A stretch of DNA of 64,000 nucleotides from Octopus vulgaris (taxonomy: Eukaryota): contig OX597839.1 of the NCBI GenBank assembly GCA_951406725.2, forward strand, positions 35,092,001 to 35,156,000. Reading direction: 5' to 3'. Of the stretch, positions 1 through 12,085 are shown in pieces. The position numbers and the translations under genes are program-made. How positions within the stretch are numbered: position 1 is the first letter of the stretch; each line of letters starts with the position of its first letter. The notes under the pieces were generated by a model. It made no database searches and had not been told where the DNA came from. It saw only the letters and a program-made list of their open reading frames with translations.

Positions 1-80
1 TTCTCCTCTTTCCCATCTCTCTCTCTCTCTTTCTCCCTCTCTCTCTCCCTTTTTCCCCTCTCTCCCCCTCCCCTCTCTAG

Positions 81-240
81 CAAAGTGTTTGAAAATAAAG
101 ACCCAAATCACCTGCAGCCCAGCCCAACCCAGACAGGGATGAGCTCCTCCACCTCTACGAACCACTCCTGGCCACACTACGGCATGTCCACGTCACGTCA
201 TGCCCCAACAGCGCCCTCTGGTGAATCCATCACGAGTTAA
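81..240 (+). CDS. Probable terminal coding exon of an upstream gene (unknown product)
   Basis: A long polypyrimidine tract ends in TAG (AG at 79-80). From 82 the frame is open: KVFENKDPNHLQPSPTQTGMSSSTSTNHSWPHYGMSTSRHAPTAPSGESITS, with TAA at 238-240. Unique, GC-richer sequence. Internal donor-like CTG|GTGAAT at 220/221. Confidence 0.5.
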
Positions 241-559
241 AGGCAACGGGGACGAACGTACTTCATGCTAAAGCATTCAGTCATGTCTATACCCCCACCC
301 ACCTCCACTACCACCACCACCACCATCACAACCGCCGCCACCACCACCATCTCCACAATCACTACCACAATACTCTTGTCCTACTGACACACACTCTCTC
401 TCTCTCTCTCTTCTGCCTCCCTCCCTCCCCTCCCCCATCACCACATTAAATCATTGATTTGCTTTGGTTCAATAGATTTTCTGTTTTGTTTCTCTTGTTT
501 TGTGGCATTGTGAATTGTGGTACCAGCTGGGGCACTGGTGGTTGGTGCTCGTTGGTACT

Positions 560-975
560 GGCAGCTGACAGAAATGTTAGCACGCCGGACGAAATGCGTA
601 GAAGTATTTTGTCTGTCGCTACGTTCTGAGTTCAAATTCCGCCGAGGTCGACTTTGCCTTTCATCCTTTCGGGGGTCGATAAATTAAGTACCAGTTACGC
701 ACTGGGGGTCGATGTAATCGACTTAATACCTATGTCTGTCCTTGTTTGTCCCCTCTGTGTTTAGCCCCTTGTGGGTAATAAAGAAATAGGTATTTCGTCT
801 GCCACTACGTCCTGAGTTCAAATTCTGCCAAGGTCGACTTTGCCTTTCATCCTTTCGGGGGTTGATAAATTAAGTACCAGTTACGCACTGGGGTCGATGT
901 AATCGACTTAATACCTATGTCTGTCCTTGTTTGTCCCCTCTGTGTTTAGCCCCTTGTGGGTAGTAAAGAAATAGG
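560..975 (+). mobile_element. tRNA-derived SINE family B with internal tandem duplication
   Basis: Head ggcagctgacagaaatgttagcacg...gagttcaaattcc (B-box-like), then body ggtcgactttgcctttcatcctttcggggtcgataaattaagtacc and tail gccccttgtgggtaataaagaaat. The body and tail occur twice. Confidence 0.85.
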
Positions 976-999
976 TACTGGTTGCTGGTGGTTATAACA

Positions 1000-1031
<32 letters not shown>

Positions 1032-1159
1032 ATTGAAGCATAAAACGTAATACAAAATATCACTTTCCCCATTAGCAAACTTAGAAAGTCTCCCTATTTT
1101 CAGGAATTATTTATTATAATTTTATATTTTTGTTTTATTTTACTCTCTATGCTCCTCTT

Positions 1160-1560
1160 ACGTAACCCCACATTCTTTTACTTGACTGGCTTTCGTGCCG
1201 GTGGCACATAAAAAGCACCATCCGAATGTGGCCGATGCCAGCGCTGCCTCGACTGGCTTCTGTGCTTGTGGCACATAAAAAGCACCATCCGAACGTGGCC
1301 GATGCCAGTGCCGCCCTGACTGGCTTCCGTGCCAGTGGCACGTTAAAAGCACCAACCGATCGTGGCCGATACCAGACTCCCCTGGCACCTGTGCTGGTGG
1401 CACGTAAAAAGCACCCACTACACTCGCAGAGTGGTTGGCGTTAGGAAGGACATCCAGCTGTAGAAACACTGCCAGATCAGACTGGAGCCTGGAGCAGCCC
1501 CTGTCGAACCGTCCAACCCGTGCTAGTGCGGAAAACGGACGTTAAACGATGATGATGATG
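1160..1560 (+). mobile_element. RTE-type LINE 3' UTR fragment with ~65-bp subrepeats and (GAT)n tail
   Basis: Repeated gtggcacrtaaaaagcacc units, then ggttggcgttaggaagg...ccaacccgtgctag...gatgatgatg. Same sequence follows the ORF2 stop at 56107-57012. Confidence 0.75.
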
Positions 1561-1614
1561 TATCATCCCCAAATATTTTTTGTGAACCCCTTGTGATTAA
1601 TAAAGAAAACATTA

Positions 1615-1646
<32 letters not shown>

Positions 1647-1651
1647 TTTAT

Positions 1652-1950
1652 TGTGGAGGTGCAATGGCCCAGTGGTTAGGGCAGCGGACTCGCAGTCGGA
1701 GGATCACGGTTTTGACACCCAGACCGAGCGTTGTGTGCGTTTATTGAGCGAAAACACCTAAAAGCTCCATGGGGCTCTGGCAGGGGGGTAGTGGCGACCC
1801 CTGTTGTACTCTTTCATCCCAACTTTCTCTCACTCTTTCTTCCTGTTTCTTGGGTGATGCTGCGATGGACTGGCGTCCCGTCCAGCTTGGGGGAACACAT
1901 ACACCACGGAAACCGGGCCCATGAGCCTTGCTAGGCTTGAAAAGGGCACA
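1652..1950 (+). mobile_element. tRNA-derived SINE family C
   Basis: Head gtggaggtgcaatggcccagtggttagggcagcggactcg (A-box) plus a B-box-like motif. Downstream gctgcgatggactggcgtcccgtccag resembles the V-SINE central domain. Head shared with 36181, 47041 and 49806. Confidence 0.75.
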
Positions 1951-2187
1951 TATAAAAAAAAATTATTATTATTATTAAGGTGGTGAGCTGGCAGAATTGT
2001 TAGCACACTGGACTAAATACTTAACAGTATTTCGCCCATCGCTACGTTCTGAGTTCAAATTTGCCTTTTATCCTTTTGGGATCAATAAATTAAATACCAG
2101 TGAAACACTGGTGTTGAAGTAATCAACTCGTCCCCTCCCCCCAAAACTCCAGGCCATGTGCCTTTAGAAGAAAGCATTATTATTATT

Positions 2188-2722
2188 ATTGAGTGAGAGA
2201 GAGCAGTGCATACCATCAAAGTGACACTGGGGTACAAATATACAAAGACCAGTATACCCATCCTGACTACCCGTCTGATAAGGGTACACCAGGCACATGC
2301 ATCACAACCATATGTGAGACATGGTGATCTCATATCAAGATTAACAGCACATGACCTTGCAAATGGGGCTCAGTTAGAATTTTCTTCAGGTCAAGTAACC
2401 CATCTCACTCAAAAGGTCCCTGAATAAGGGTTGTTTCCAGATGTGAATTATTCAAACCCCAAAGAATCCCTTTCAACACATGGCTACGATGCTCCCCCAC
2501 TACTTCTGCTCGTGATCAGAGAATCACATATCGTCAGCCACTAAGGGACATGCTCAACTGGTTACGGTCAAACAACTGACAAGCAAATCTGTGGTATTGA
2601 GCAGAATATTTGCTGCACCCCATCTTTTATACCAAGACAAAACAAGGTAAATGATAACACTTCCAATCAGTTAAGATCAGAAGCCATGACAGCCAGTGCC
2701 TGGTACAGCATCAGGGCAGTTA
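2188..2722 (+). mobile_element. ~540-bp non-coding interspersed element embedded in (ATT)n
   Basis: Reverse-complement copies at 25605-26106 and 35363-35919. All three have (TAA)/(ATT) repeats on or close to both flanks. Confidence 0.8.
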
Positions 2723-2726
2723 TTAC

Positions 2727-2757
<31 letters not shown>

Positions 2758-2767
2758 GTCATTATTA

Positions 2768-3250
2768 AGGCAGCTGGCTGAAACGTTAGCACACAGGGCA
2801 AAATGCTTAGCGGCATGTCGTCTGCTGCTACATTCTGAGTTCAAATTCCATTGAGGTTGACTTTGCCTTTTGTTCTTTCAGGGTCAGCAAGATAAGTACC
2901 AGTTGAACACTGGGACCGATCCAATCAATTACTCCCCTCCCCCAAAATTTCAGGCCTTGTGCCTATAATAGAAAGGGTTGTTAAGGCGGCGAGCTGGCCG
3001 AATCATTAGCACGCCGGGCGAAATGCTTAGAGGTATTTCGTCTGCCGTTACGTTCTGAGTTCAAATCCGCCGAGGTCAATTTTGCCTTTCATCTTTTCTG
3101 GGTCGATTAAATAAGTACCAGTTATGCACTAGGGTTGATGTAATCAACTTAATCCGTTTATCTGTCCTTGTTTGTCCCCTCTGTGTTTAGCCCCTTGTGG
3201 GTAGTAAAGAAATAAGTATTTCATCTACCACTAAGTTCTGAGTTGAAATA
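2768..3250 (+). mobile_element. Two adjacent SINE family B copies
   Basis: Heads at ~2768 and ~2985 with the family B body. Confidence 0.75.
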
Positions 3251-3319
3251 TAGGCTAATGCACTTTAACTATACTAGAAATTGTTTCTGTTTTTTGACTC
3301 CACATATGAGTTGCCTCTA

Positions 3320-3720
3320 TTTACTCTTTAACTTGTTCCAGTCATTTGACTGCGGCCATGCTGGGGCACTGCCTTTAGTCGAGCAAACTGACCCCAAGAT
3401 GTATTCTTTGGAAGCCTAGTACTTATTCTATCGGTCTCTTTTGCCGAACCGCTAAGTTATGGGGACGTAAACACACCAGCATCGGTTGTCAAGTGATGTT
3501 GGGGGGACAAACACAGACACACAGACATACACACACACATATATATATACATATATACGACGGGCTTCTTTCAGTTTCCGTCTACCAAATCCACTCAGAA
3601 GGCTTTGGTCGGCCCGAGGCTATAGTAGAAGACACTTGCCCAAGATGCCACGCAGTGGGACTGAACCCAGAACCATGTGGTTGGTGAGCAAGCTACTTAC
3701 CACACAGCCACTCCTGCGCC
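3320..3720 (-). mobile_element. tRNA-derived SINE family A (CORE-like), full length
   Basis: Minus strand begins ggcgcaggagtggctgtgtggtaagtagcttg...gggttcagtcccact (A/B boxes), then CORE-like ggcatcttgggcaagtg, an internal TA/TG tract, and tail ccagcatggccgcagtcaaatgactg...aagagtaaa. Confidence 0.85.
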
Positions 3721-3992
3721 TATTTGCAGATCTTTTTATATTAACACTTTCTCCATCATCATAATTAAGGCAACGAGCTGGCCATCTCGTTAAGCATAAC
3801 GGGCAAAAAGCTTTGCAGCATTTCATCCGGCCTGACATTCTGAGTTCAAATTACACTAAAGTAGTCTTTGCCTTTTGTCCCTTTCGGGGTCGATAAAAAA
3901 TAAAGGATCAGTAGAGAACAGAGGTTGATGCAATCAATTTACCCCCCACTGCCCTGAAATTTTTGGACCGGTGCCAAAATTTGAAACCATTA

Positions 3993-4027
<35 letters not shown>

Positions 4028-4079
4028 TATATAGTTGTTGTTGTATATACAGCTGTTGTTGTTTATTTACTTTTGTTTG

Positions 4080-4118
<39 letters not shown>

Positions 4119-4228
4119 TGCCAGTGTTTTAGGGGCAGGGGTGGAGGGGGGATTGCCTGTTTATAATTTTTTTTGTTTGTTTCTTTTATTTTCTTTCTTC
4201 ATAGTCACTGTTATTGTTAATCCTCCTT

Positions 4229-4229
<1 letters not shown>

Positions 4230-4263
<34 letters not shown>

Positions 4264-4766
4264 TACACACACACTCGTACATACACACACACCAATCTTC
4301 AAAATTTTTAATATCTATTGGTTTACATCAAACAATGAATAACAAATGAATACACACACATACACACACACACGTATACACACACACACACGTATACACA
4401 CACTTACACATAGACACACACACATGTATACATATACACACTCACACACACATGTATACACACACTTACACATAGACATACACACATGTATACATATACA
4501 CACTCACACACACATACACACACACATGTATACACACACTTACACATAGACATACACACACACACACACGTATACATACACACACACATACACACACACA
4601 CACACTATACATCATATCTCAACACACACACACACACATGCATAAACACATACTCAAAACTCACACACCATACACTTAACACATATGCATACACACACAC
4701 TTACACACAGACACCCTTGTTCAATATATACAAACATGTGCACACACACACATATACACATACACG

Positions 4767-4811
<45 letters not shown>

Positions 4812-4935
4812 ACACACACACACACACACATATACACTCAATACTTACACACTTGCACATACACATACTCAAAACTCAAGCTCCATATACTCACACACAC
4901 ACACATACACATACATGCATGCACACACACCACAT
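4230..4935. repeat. Compound (CA)n/(TA)n microsatellite
   Basis: Directly visible. Confidence 0.95.
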
Positions 4936-4980
4936 GTTCAATACTTATAGATATTGAACTTGGCTGATTGTTTCTCCAAG

Positions 4981-5030
4981 AGCTGTTGCATCTACCATCT
5001 TTTGCCGCCTTCATTCCTCGCTGCAGTTAA
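4981..5030 (+). CDS. Candidate alternative last exon (coding part) followed by AT-rich 3' UTR-like sequence to ~6190
   Basis: Acceptor ctgattgtttctccaag| at 4980. Splicing from the donor at 220 gives in-frame ...APSE-LLHLPSFAAFIPRCS* (TAA 5028-5030). About 1.1 kb of unique, T-run-rich sequence follows. Confidence 0.3.
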
Positions 5031-6244
5031 GGCTGACCTAATCCATGCCAGACTACACCATTGTGGAGTCTACACTACGAAGCGGTAAAGGGAACAGCTG
5101 GTGTTAAAAGAGAACAATAATAATAATAATAATAATAATAATGACAACAACAACACCAACAACAATAATAATAATGATGATAATATATAATATGAACGTG
5201 AACTGGTAATTTGAATCATTGTTACTGCTGCTATCTCAGTTCGTCTGTGGAAGTTTTAACTAACTGCTGTTCACTGGAATAATACGAAAAATCACTAATA
5301 ATAATGGTAATTGTAAGAATTTAAAAACAAAAAAAAAAGCTGGCATTTGTTGTGAGATATTTACAATCTTTGTGGAAGTTTATTTGCGACTGATCAGAAT
5401 TTTTTGAATTTATACCATTTGTTGGGTGAATTTTTACACTTGTGGATGGATATGTTACCACTGGTATGGAAGTTTACCGTCGTTGTGGAAATTTTAGCAG
5501 CGTAAAACCAGGCAGAGAATCGAGATCTCTATAAAAGTTTCGACATCCTCGTGAGTTTTATAGGAAAAGTTGTGGTTGTTATCGTTGTGGAAAGTTTTAC
5601 GGCTGTTGCAGAAAATCCGTTTGAGTTTTTTGATTTATACTATTTCTTTGTTTCGTGTTTTACTTTTGGATTTCTGGAACTTTTTACCACAATTTAGAGG
5701 ATGCCTCAAGTCTTCCTGTAGACTTTGTTATTGCATTTGATAAAGCTTTGAAGACACTTCTCCAAGAGAGAGATGAATGCAAAATACTTCTGGTTCAACT
5801 TTCAGAAAAAGGCTGTGAGAAATGATAAAATGTCAGCTTTAGGAGCAGACAAACTGTCTTCAGGAAATTTCGGATAAAAAATTTAAAAGACAAAGATAGA
5901 AAAGCAGTTTGTTTCACTATTTATTATCATTATTTTTTTTTAATGTTTTCTGTTGGTTTTTTTTTTTTTCCCGTTTTTTCAATGACAAGAAAAAAGTTGT
6001 TTCCATTCAGCTGATGTTTTAGTTTCAAGAATTTTAAAAAACTTGGTCTGTGATTATCTTGAAATTTTTCTAAGTTTTTTGAAAAATATTGTCATGAAAA
6101 ATTCTTTTATTCATTTGGTTGTGATGCACTCAAAGACATTTAAAGAAGAACTTAAAGAAATAATGTACCAAAAGAACCTTTAAACAACTCAATATATTTT
6201 TACATCTACATATTTATATATATATATATATATATATACATACT

Positions 6245-6288
<44 letters not shown>

Positions 6289-6417
6289 CATACACAAACA
6301 CATTATATATATATATGTACAAGCACACAAATTTATTTGCACACACACACACACGTATACCATATATATAAACATATATATGCATATATACATACATGAT
6401 TCCACTAGTAATTAAGA

Positions 6418-7065
6418 ATGTTACGAGACAACCAATATTTTATTTTGATATTGTCAAGTATGACATTAACCGTCTGCTGTGTCTTGCTGCTACAATCGGG
6501 AATCGTCATGTTGACCATGTTTCGAGCCCTCACCGGAATCATTTTACCGATAGTAGCCGTGGTCTTGGGGACCGGCCAGACCGTGTTCTTTCTGTTCTCT
6601 TTCACACGGCTCACCCGGTGCGATGTGGAGAAGCCCCACCCAAGCCTTTGCTGCAACACGTTCCTGCCTTCGTTGTTCTTCTTCCTGCTGATGTGCGGAT
6701 ACTTCGCGTCCTGCATTTGGGCGAATTCGGCGATCAACCACGGATTACAGTTCTCCCTGGAGTTCATACTTGTCAGTGATGTCAATTCCATACAAAGACA
6801 CTTCAAGTGCTGCGGTGATGTTACCCCATACGTTTGGAAATACCATTTCAGTGATGGAATTATGCCGGATTCTTGCTGTCAGCAAACATACCCAGATTGT
6901 GGTAAACACGCCCTCAGAGAAGATAACCTGCATAAAATAGGCTGCAGAAAATTCTTCAAACAACAGACAGAGTGTCTTATTCTACTAATCCTCATAGCCT
7001 CTGCAGTTCTCCTCTTTGAAGCAATTTTTATCATTATTGGTTATTTATACTCAAAGAAAAAATAA
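6418..7065 (+). CDS. Intronless tetraspanin-family protein (215 aa)
   Basis: Four hydrophobic segments. The large extracellular loop has the tetraspanin signature CCG (FKCCG), PDSCC, a further Cys (YPDCG) and GC (KIGC) before TM4, giving a 6-Cys loop. Short basic C-tail. ATG in agaATG context, TAA stop, no introns. Confidence 0.9.
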   Translation: MLRDNQYFILILSSMTLTVCCVLLLQSGIVMLTMFRALTGIILPIVAVVLGTGQTVFFLFSFTRLTRCDVEKPHPSLCCNTFLPSLFFFLLMCGYFASCIWANSAINHGLQFSLEFILVSDVNSIQRHFKCCGDVTPYVWKYHFSDGIMPDSCCQQTYPDCGKHALREDNLHKIGCRKFFKQQTECLILLILIASAVLLFEAIFIIIGYLYSKKK

Positions 7066-7299
7066 TTTTGTAATCCAATCCTGAATACTTTCTCATTGAC
7101 ACCATTTACGTTACACTGTCTATATTTCTGTCTTCCCCCATTTTTTTGCCTTTCTTTCTGTTTTTTTCTTTCTCTTTTTTTAAAAAAAAAAAAATAATAA
7201 CTATGTATGGATCTATTGATCAATCTATCTCACTCTCTCTCTCTTTCCAGCTACCAATGAAACTAACTATTTATCTCTCCATTTTTCTTTCTCTCTCTT

Positions 7300-7564
7300 T
7301 GTCTATCTATGGATATATCTATCTATCTATCTATCTATGAATTAATTAATCTATCTATCTATCTATCTATCTATCTATGAATTAATTAATATATCTAGAT
7401 ATCTCTCTACATTAATTTCTATCTATCTATCTATCTATTTATCTATATATATATATGTATGCATATATATATATATATATGTATACATGCATATATTTAT
7501 ACATATACATATATCCACCTATCTATCAATATATATACATATATATGTATTTATATATATATGC

Positions 7565-7644
<80 letters not shown>

Positions 7645-7842
7645 ATTTATATCTGTATATTAATATATTTATCAATATACGTCTATTGATTAATCCATCT
7701 CTCCTAACTATGAATTTAAGCTATTTAACTACTATCAATCTTCCTTTCCTTCTGTATGTCTTTCTATATATCTACCTACCTACCTTCCTAACTAGCTAAC
7801 CACCTACATACATACCTACTTATCTACCTATCTTATCAATCA

Positions 7843-7882
<40 letters not shown>

Positions 7883-7927
7883 GTCTGTCTGTCTGTTTGT
7901 CTAGCTATGTATCTGTCTGTGTATATA

Positions 7928-7959
<32 letters not shown>

Positions 7960-8115
7960 TCTATCTGTTTGTCTATCTATCTATCTATCTGTTTGTCTAT
8001 CTATCTGTCTGTCTATCTATCTGTCTGTCTGTCTATCTATATATCTGTCTGTCTGTCTATCTGTCTGTCTATCTATCTGTCTGTCTGTCTGTCTATCTAT
8101 CTGTTTGTCTGTCTG

Positions 8116-8166
<51 letters not shown>

Positions 8167-8275
8167 GTCCGTCCGTCCGTCTGTCTGTCTGTCTGTCTAT
8201 CAATCTGTCTGTCTATCTATCTATCTGTCTGTCTGTCTGTCTATCTATCTGTCTGTCTGTCTATCTATCTGTCTG

Positions 8276-8309
<34 letters not shown>

Positions 8310-8837
8310 CATCTATCTGTCTGTCTGTCTATCAATCTGTCTGTCTATCTATCTATCTGTCTGTCTGTCAGTCTATCTGATATATCAACCTATCTGCCCA
8401 TGTCTTTCTTTCCACATAACTTTCCACCCTTTGTTCTATCAACTAAGAAGCAGTCGAAATACATATGGATGCATACACGCAAACACAGACTTATGTAAAT
8501 ACATGCACATATAAACAGACACAGGATACACATGTGTGCACAAATATATGCATATTTTCATGAGTGTGTATGTGTATGTGTATATATATGTGTATATATA
8601 TATATATATATATGTATGTATTACTCTGTGTGTATATATATACACACACACACATACATGTATTTATTACTTTGAGTATATATATATATGTGTGTGTATT
8701 ACTATGTGTGTATATATATATAAATGTAATGCATATAATATTTATGTGTGGTTTGTGTGTTTGTGTGTGTGTGTTTGTACGTATGTATATGTGTATATAT
8801 ATTTATGTATGTGGATATGTATGTATATGTGTGTATT

Positions 8838-8878
<41 letters not shown>

Positions 8879-8980
8879 GTATGTGTGTATGTATGTGTGT
8901 ATGTATATGTATATAGGCACCCTGTATGTGTGTGTGCGTGTGTGTGTGTGTGCGTGCATGCATGTGTATGTGTGTGTATT
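7300..8980. repeat. (CTAT)n/(CTGT)n, (TA)n and (TG)n compound microsatellites
   Basis: Directly visible. Confidence 0.95.
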
Positions 8981-9344
8981 TGATGCAGTCTTTTGAGCCA
9001 TTTTTATATAGTTTGAAGAAATTGCTCATCTAAGTAAACTCACATAAACAAGAAAAAATGATTTCTTTTATGAATAACAATAATAATAATAAGAATAACA
9101 ACAACAATAATGATAAGAATAATAATAATAATAATAATAATAATTGCAGAAATAATATTATTAGCTCCATTTAATGCAAGGCGGTCGCATTATTTATTAC
9201 TCTCTTCAAAGATATGCCCAACATATGCAGCATGCGGAATCAGCCACAGCCAAAACAAAGGAACTATTTGTTATATACACCATCAGACAAATATACAGGA
9301 ATATAATGGTATATATTGGTAAATATATACCCACACATATATTC

Positions 9345-9405
<61 letters not shown>

Positions 9406-10053
9406 CTAGGCGCAGGAGTGGCTGTGTTGTAAGTAGCTTGCTTACCAATCACATGGTTCCGGGTTCAGCACAGCCACTGCGTGGCACTTTGGGCAAGTGT
9501 GAGTGGATTTCGTAGACGGAAATTGAAAGAAGCCCATCCTTGTATATATTTATATATGTGTGTATGTATATATATGTATATATATATATATACAACCGAT
9601 GCTACTAAAGGCAGTGCTCCGGCATGACTGCAGTCAAATGACTGAAACAAGTAAAAGTGTATATACATATATATATATATATGTGTGTGTGTGTATATAT
9701 TCATGTGTATATATATATTTATACACATATATAAATGTTTGTGTGTGTATGTATATATATTGAGCCTCAAGGTATCAGGTTCAGTCCCATGTAATAACAC
9801 CTTGTGCAAGTATTGCCAACTATTGTCCTGGGCCAACCAAAGCCATGTCAGTGTGAATTTGGTAGACAGAAACTGAACAAAGCTTATTTAATATATATAT
9901 GTAAATACATACCTACATGTATGTATATCTATTTTAAAAAGAGGATAAAATCTTTATAAGAATTTATCAAGTAGTCAGCGTGAAAAACCTCATAAGGGAA
10001 AAATTTATGAATTATTGCTTTTAAATATATTATTTATATTAAAGGCATTACTA

Positions 10054-10179
10054 TACATAAATGCCTCATGCTAGGAGGGACTCCTAAAGTCAACACTACC
10101 ATAATAAACATATTGTACTATGTGTTTATTACGTTAGTTTTGACTTTAAGAGTCCCTCCTAGCATGAGGCATTTATGTA
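10054..10179. repeat. Near-perfect inverted repeat (~60-bp arms)
   Basis: tacataaatgcctcatgctaggagggactc...aataaaca pairs with tgtttatt...gagtccctcctagcatgaggcatttatgta across a very short loop. Confidence 0.9.
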
Positions 10180-10194
10180 CGTATATATGCATAT

Positions 10195-10380
10195 CATCAT
10201 CATCATTATCATCATTTAGCGTCCGCTTTCCATGCTAGCATGGGTTGGACAGTTCAACTGGGGTCTGTGAAGCCAGAAGGCTGCATCAGGCCCAGTCTGA
10301 TCTGGCAGTGTTTCTACGGCTGGATGCCCTTCCTAACGCCAACCACTCCATGAGTGTAGTGGGTGCTTTTTACGTGCCAC
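10195..10380 (-). mobile_element. RTE-type LINE 3' terminal fragment
   Basis: (CAT)n followed by the reverse complement of the RTE tail seen at 56820-57012. A related piece continues at ~10715-10918. Confidence 0.8.
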
Positions 10381-10382
10381 CG

Positions 10383-10425
<43 letters not shown>

Positions 10426-10435
10426 ATATGTATGT

Positions 10436-10471
<36 letters not shown>

Positions 10472-10478
<7 letters not shown>

Positions 10479-10632
10479 TAATCCAAACAAGAAAGAACAA
10501 AAAACACAGCAACGCGAGGACATGGAACAAACATAGTATTATTGGACGCTCAGGAAAGGAGGAGAGTTTAACGTTTCGCGCAGAGCTCTTTGTCGGAAAC
10601 ATAGGAGAAGGGAAGACAGAGGGAAAAAAATC
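10472..10632 (-). mobile_element. Penelope-like remnant with degenerate hammerhead motif (10566-10600)
   Basis: Same family as 16230-16440 and 21020-21215; abuts (TA)n. Confidence 0.6.
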
Positions 10633-10917
10633 ATACACACACATACATATACACATATAGAGAACAAAGGAGCTTTTGTCAGGTGACATAATTTATTATA
10701 GTTATGCTATGCGCGTTAAATGGTGCCTTTTACATGCCACCAGCACAGGACCAGTCAGGCAGCACTGGCATCGGCCACAACAATGATTTCACTTGACTCA
10801 ACAGGTCTTCTCAAGCACAGTTTATCGCCCAATGATTGATGGGTACTCTTAAATGGGTCAGTTATGGTTACGGTCTCACTTGGTTTGCCAGGTCTTCTCA
10901 AGCATAGCATATCTCCA

Positions 10918-11260
10918 AAAGACAAAAAAGTACCCCAGAGAGAACAAGACTTTTTAGGATCAACAGACAAATCAATAAATGATCGTGGAAGGAAACAGAT
11001 CAAGCAGTATCTAAACAGAACGTTCAGAAGTTGATTAGAAAAAAATCAGCCAGATCACGGTCACCCTACATCAGCAGAGGATTCTGAATTGATGGTGTTT
11101 TCATCAAGCGGTGAATCTGGAAATGGATCTGCAGGCAAGGATGAAGATTTTCCAATTCCATTTTCCATGAAACGAAAAGACGTCAGCAAAAACATGAGTT
11201 CAAAAACACCAATAAAACAAATGAAATTCCCAGAACTAGCTTCTGACTGTGACCGAGAGT
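10918..11260 (+). pseudogene. Degenerate DNA-transposon ORF fragment (possibly hAT-related)
   Basis: Frameshifted peptide KDKKVPQREQDFL/DQQTNQ*MIV ... QMKFPELASDCDR resembles the KVPxxExxFLxDQR..MxIG and LAxxCDR motifs of invertebrate transposase-like proteins. Contains stops and frameshifts. Confidence 0.4.
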
Positions 11261-12085
11261 GAGATGCTAATTATCGTCTGCAAAAAAAAAAAAATTAATT
11301 GGTTTTATTACCGGAACGAAAAGGATGCGCTACAATGATTCATATTATTTAGTCACATAGAATCATTTCGTATAAATTAGAAATGTTATTTTTATCACCA
11401 GAATGTGTCAAGAATCACATAATTTTATTTTCATGTGTTTGTAATCTAGACCTCATGTAACACATATGATAAAACAAAACAAAGTCGAAAGTCTATTTAT
11501 TTCACATAATTTCAAAATTTCAAGTGCGTTTCAGAGCCTGAAGATATAAATTTTAGAGATTGAGATATCAACACTCTTGTTTTTAAAGGATTTTGCAAAA
11601 GAAAATCGATTCGTAACAATGAATGTAAAAAGTAACATGAGAAATGGCAAACGTGTTAGAAATTGTTCAAAATTTCAAGCAGAGCCTGACGATGCAAATT
11701 AAAGAACTTCAGATTTTAACACACACACACACATATATATATATATGTATGTATGTATATACATATATACATATACATACATATATATATATATATTCTT
11801 TTATTCTTTTACTTGTTTCAGTCATTTGACTGCAGCCATGCTGGAGCCCTGCCTATAGTCAAACAAATTGAACCCAGAACTTATTCTTTGTAAGCCTAGT
11901 ACTTATTCTGTTGGTCTCTTTTGCTGAACTGCTTAGCTACGTGGATGTAAACACACTAACATCAATTGTCAAGCAATGGGGGGGGGAACAAACATTCACA
12001 CACAAACACATACATATATCTATAACTATATATATATATATATATATATATAACCAAGAAAAAAGCAACAAGAATGGATTAGTAG

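Noticed and set aside
3486-3838. Recurrent small ORFs (…[15 protein letters not shown], …YDGLLSVSVYQIHS)
   Set aside because: Chance translations of SINE family A, found at every copy.
6396-6806. Overlapping 127-aa (+) and 133-aa (-) ORFs
   Set aside because: Shadow frames of the GC-rich part of the tetraspanin CDS with no recognisable motifs.
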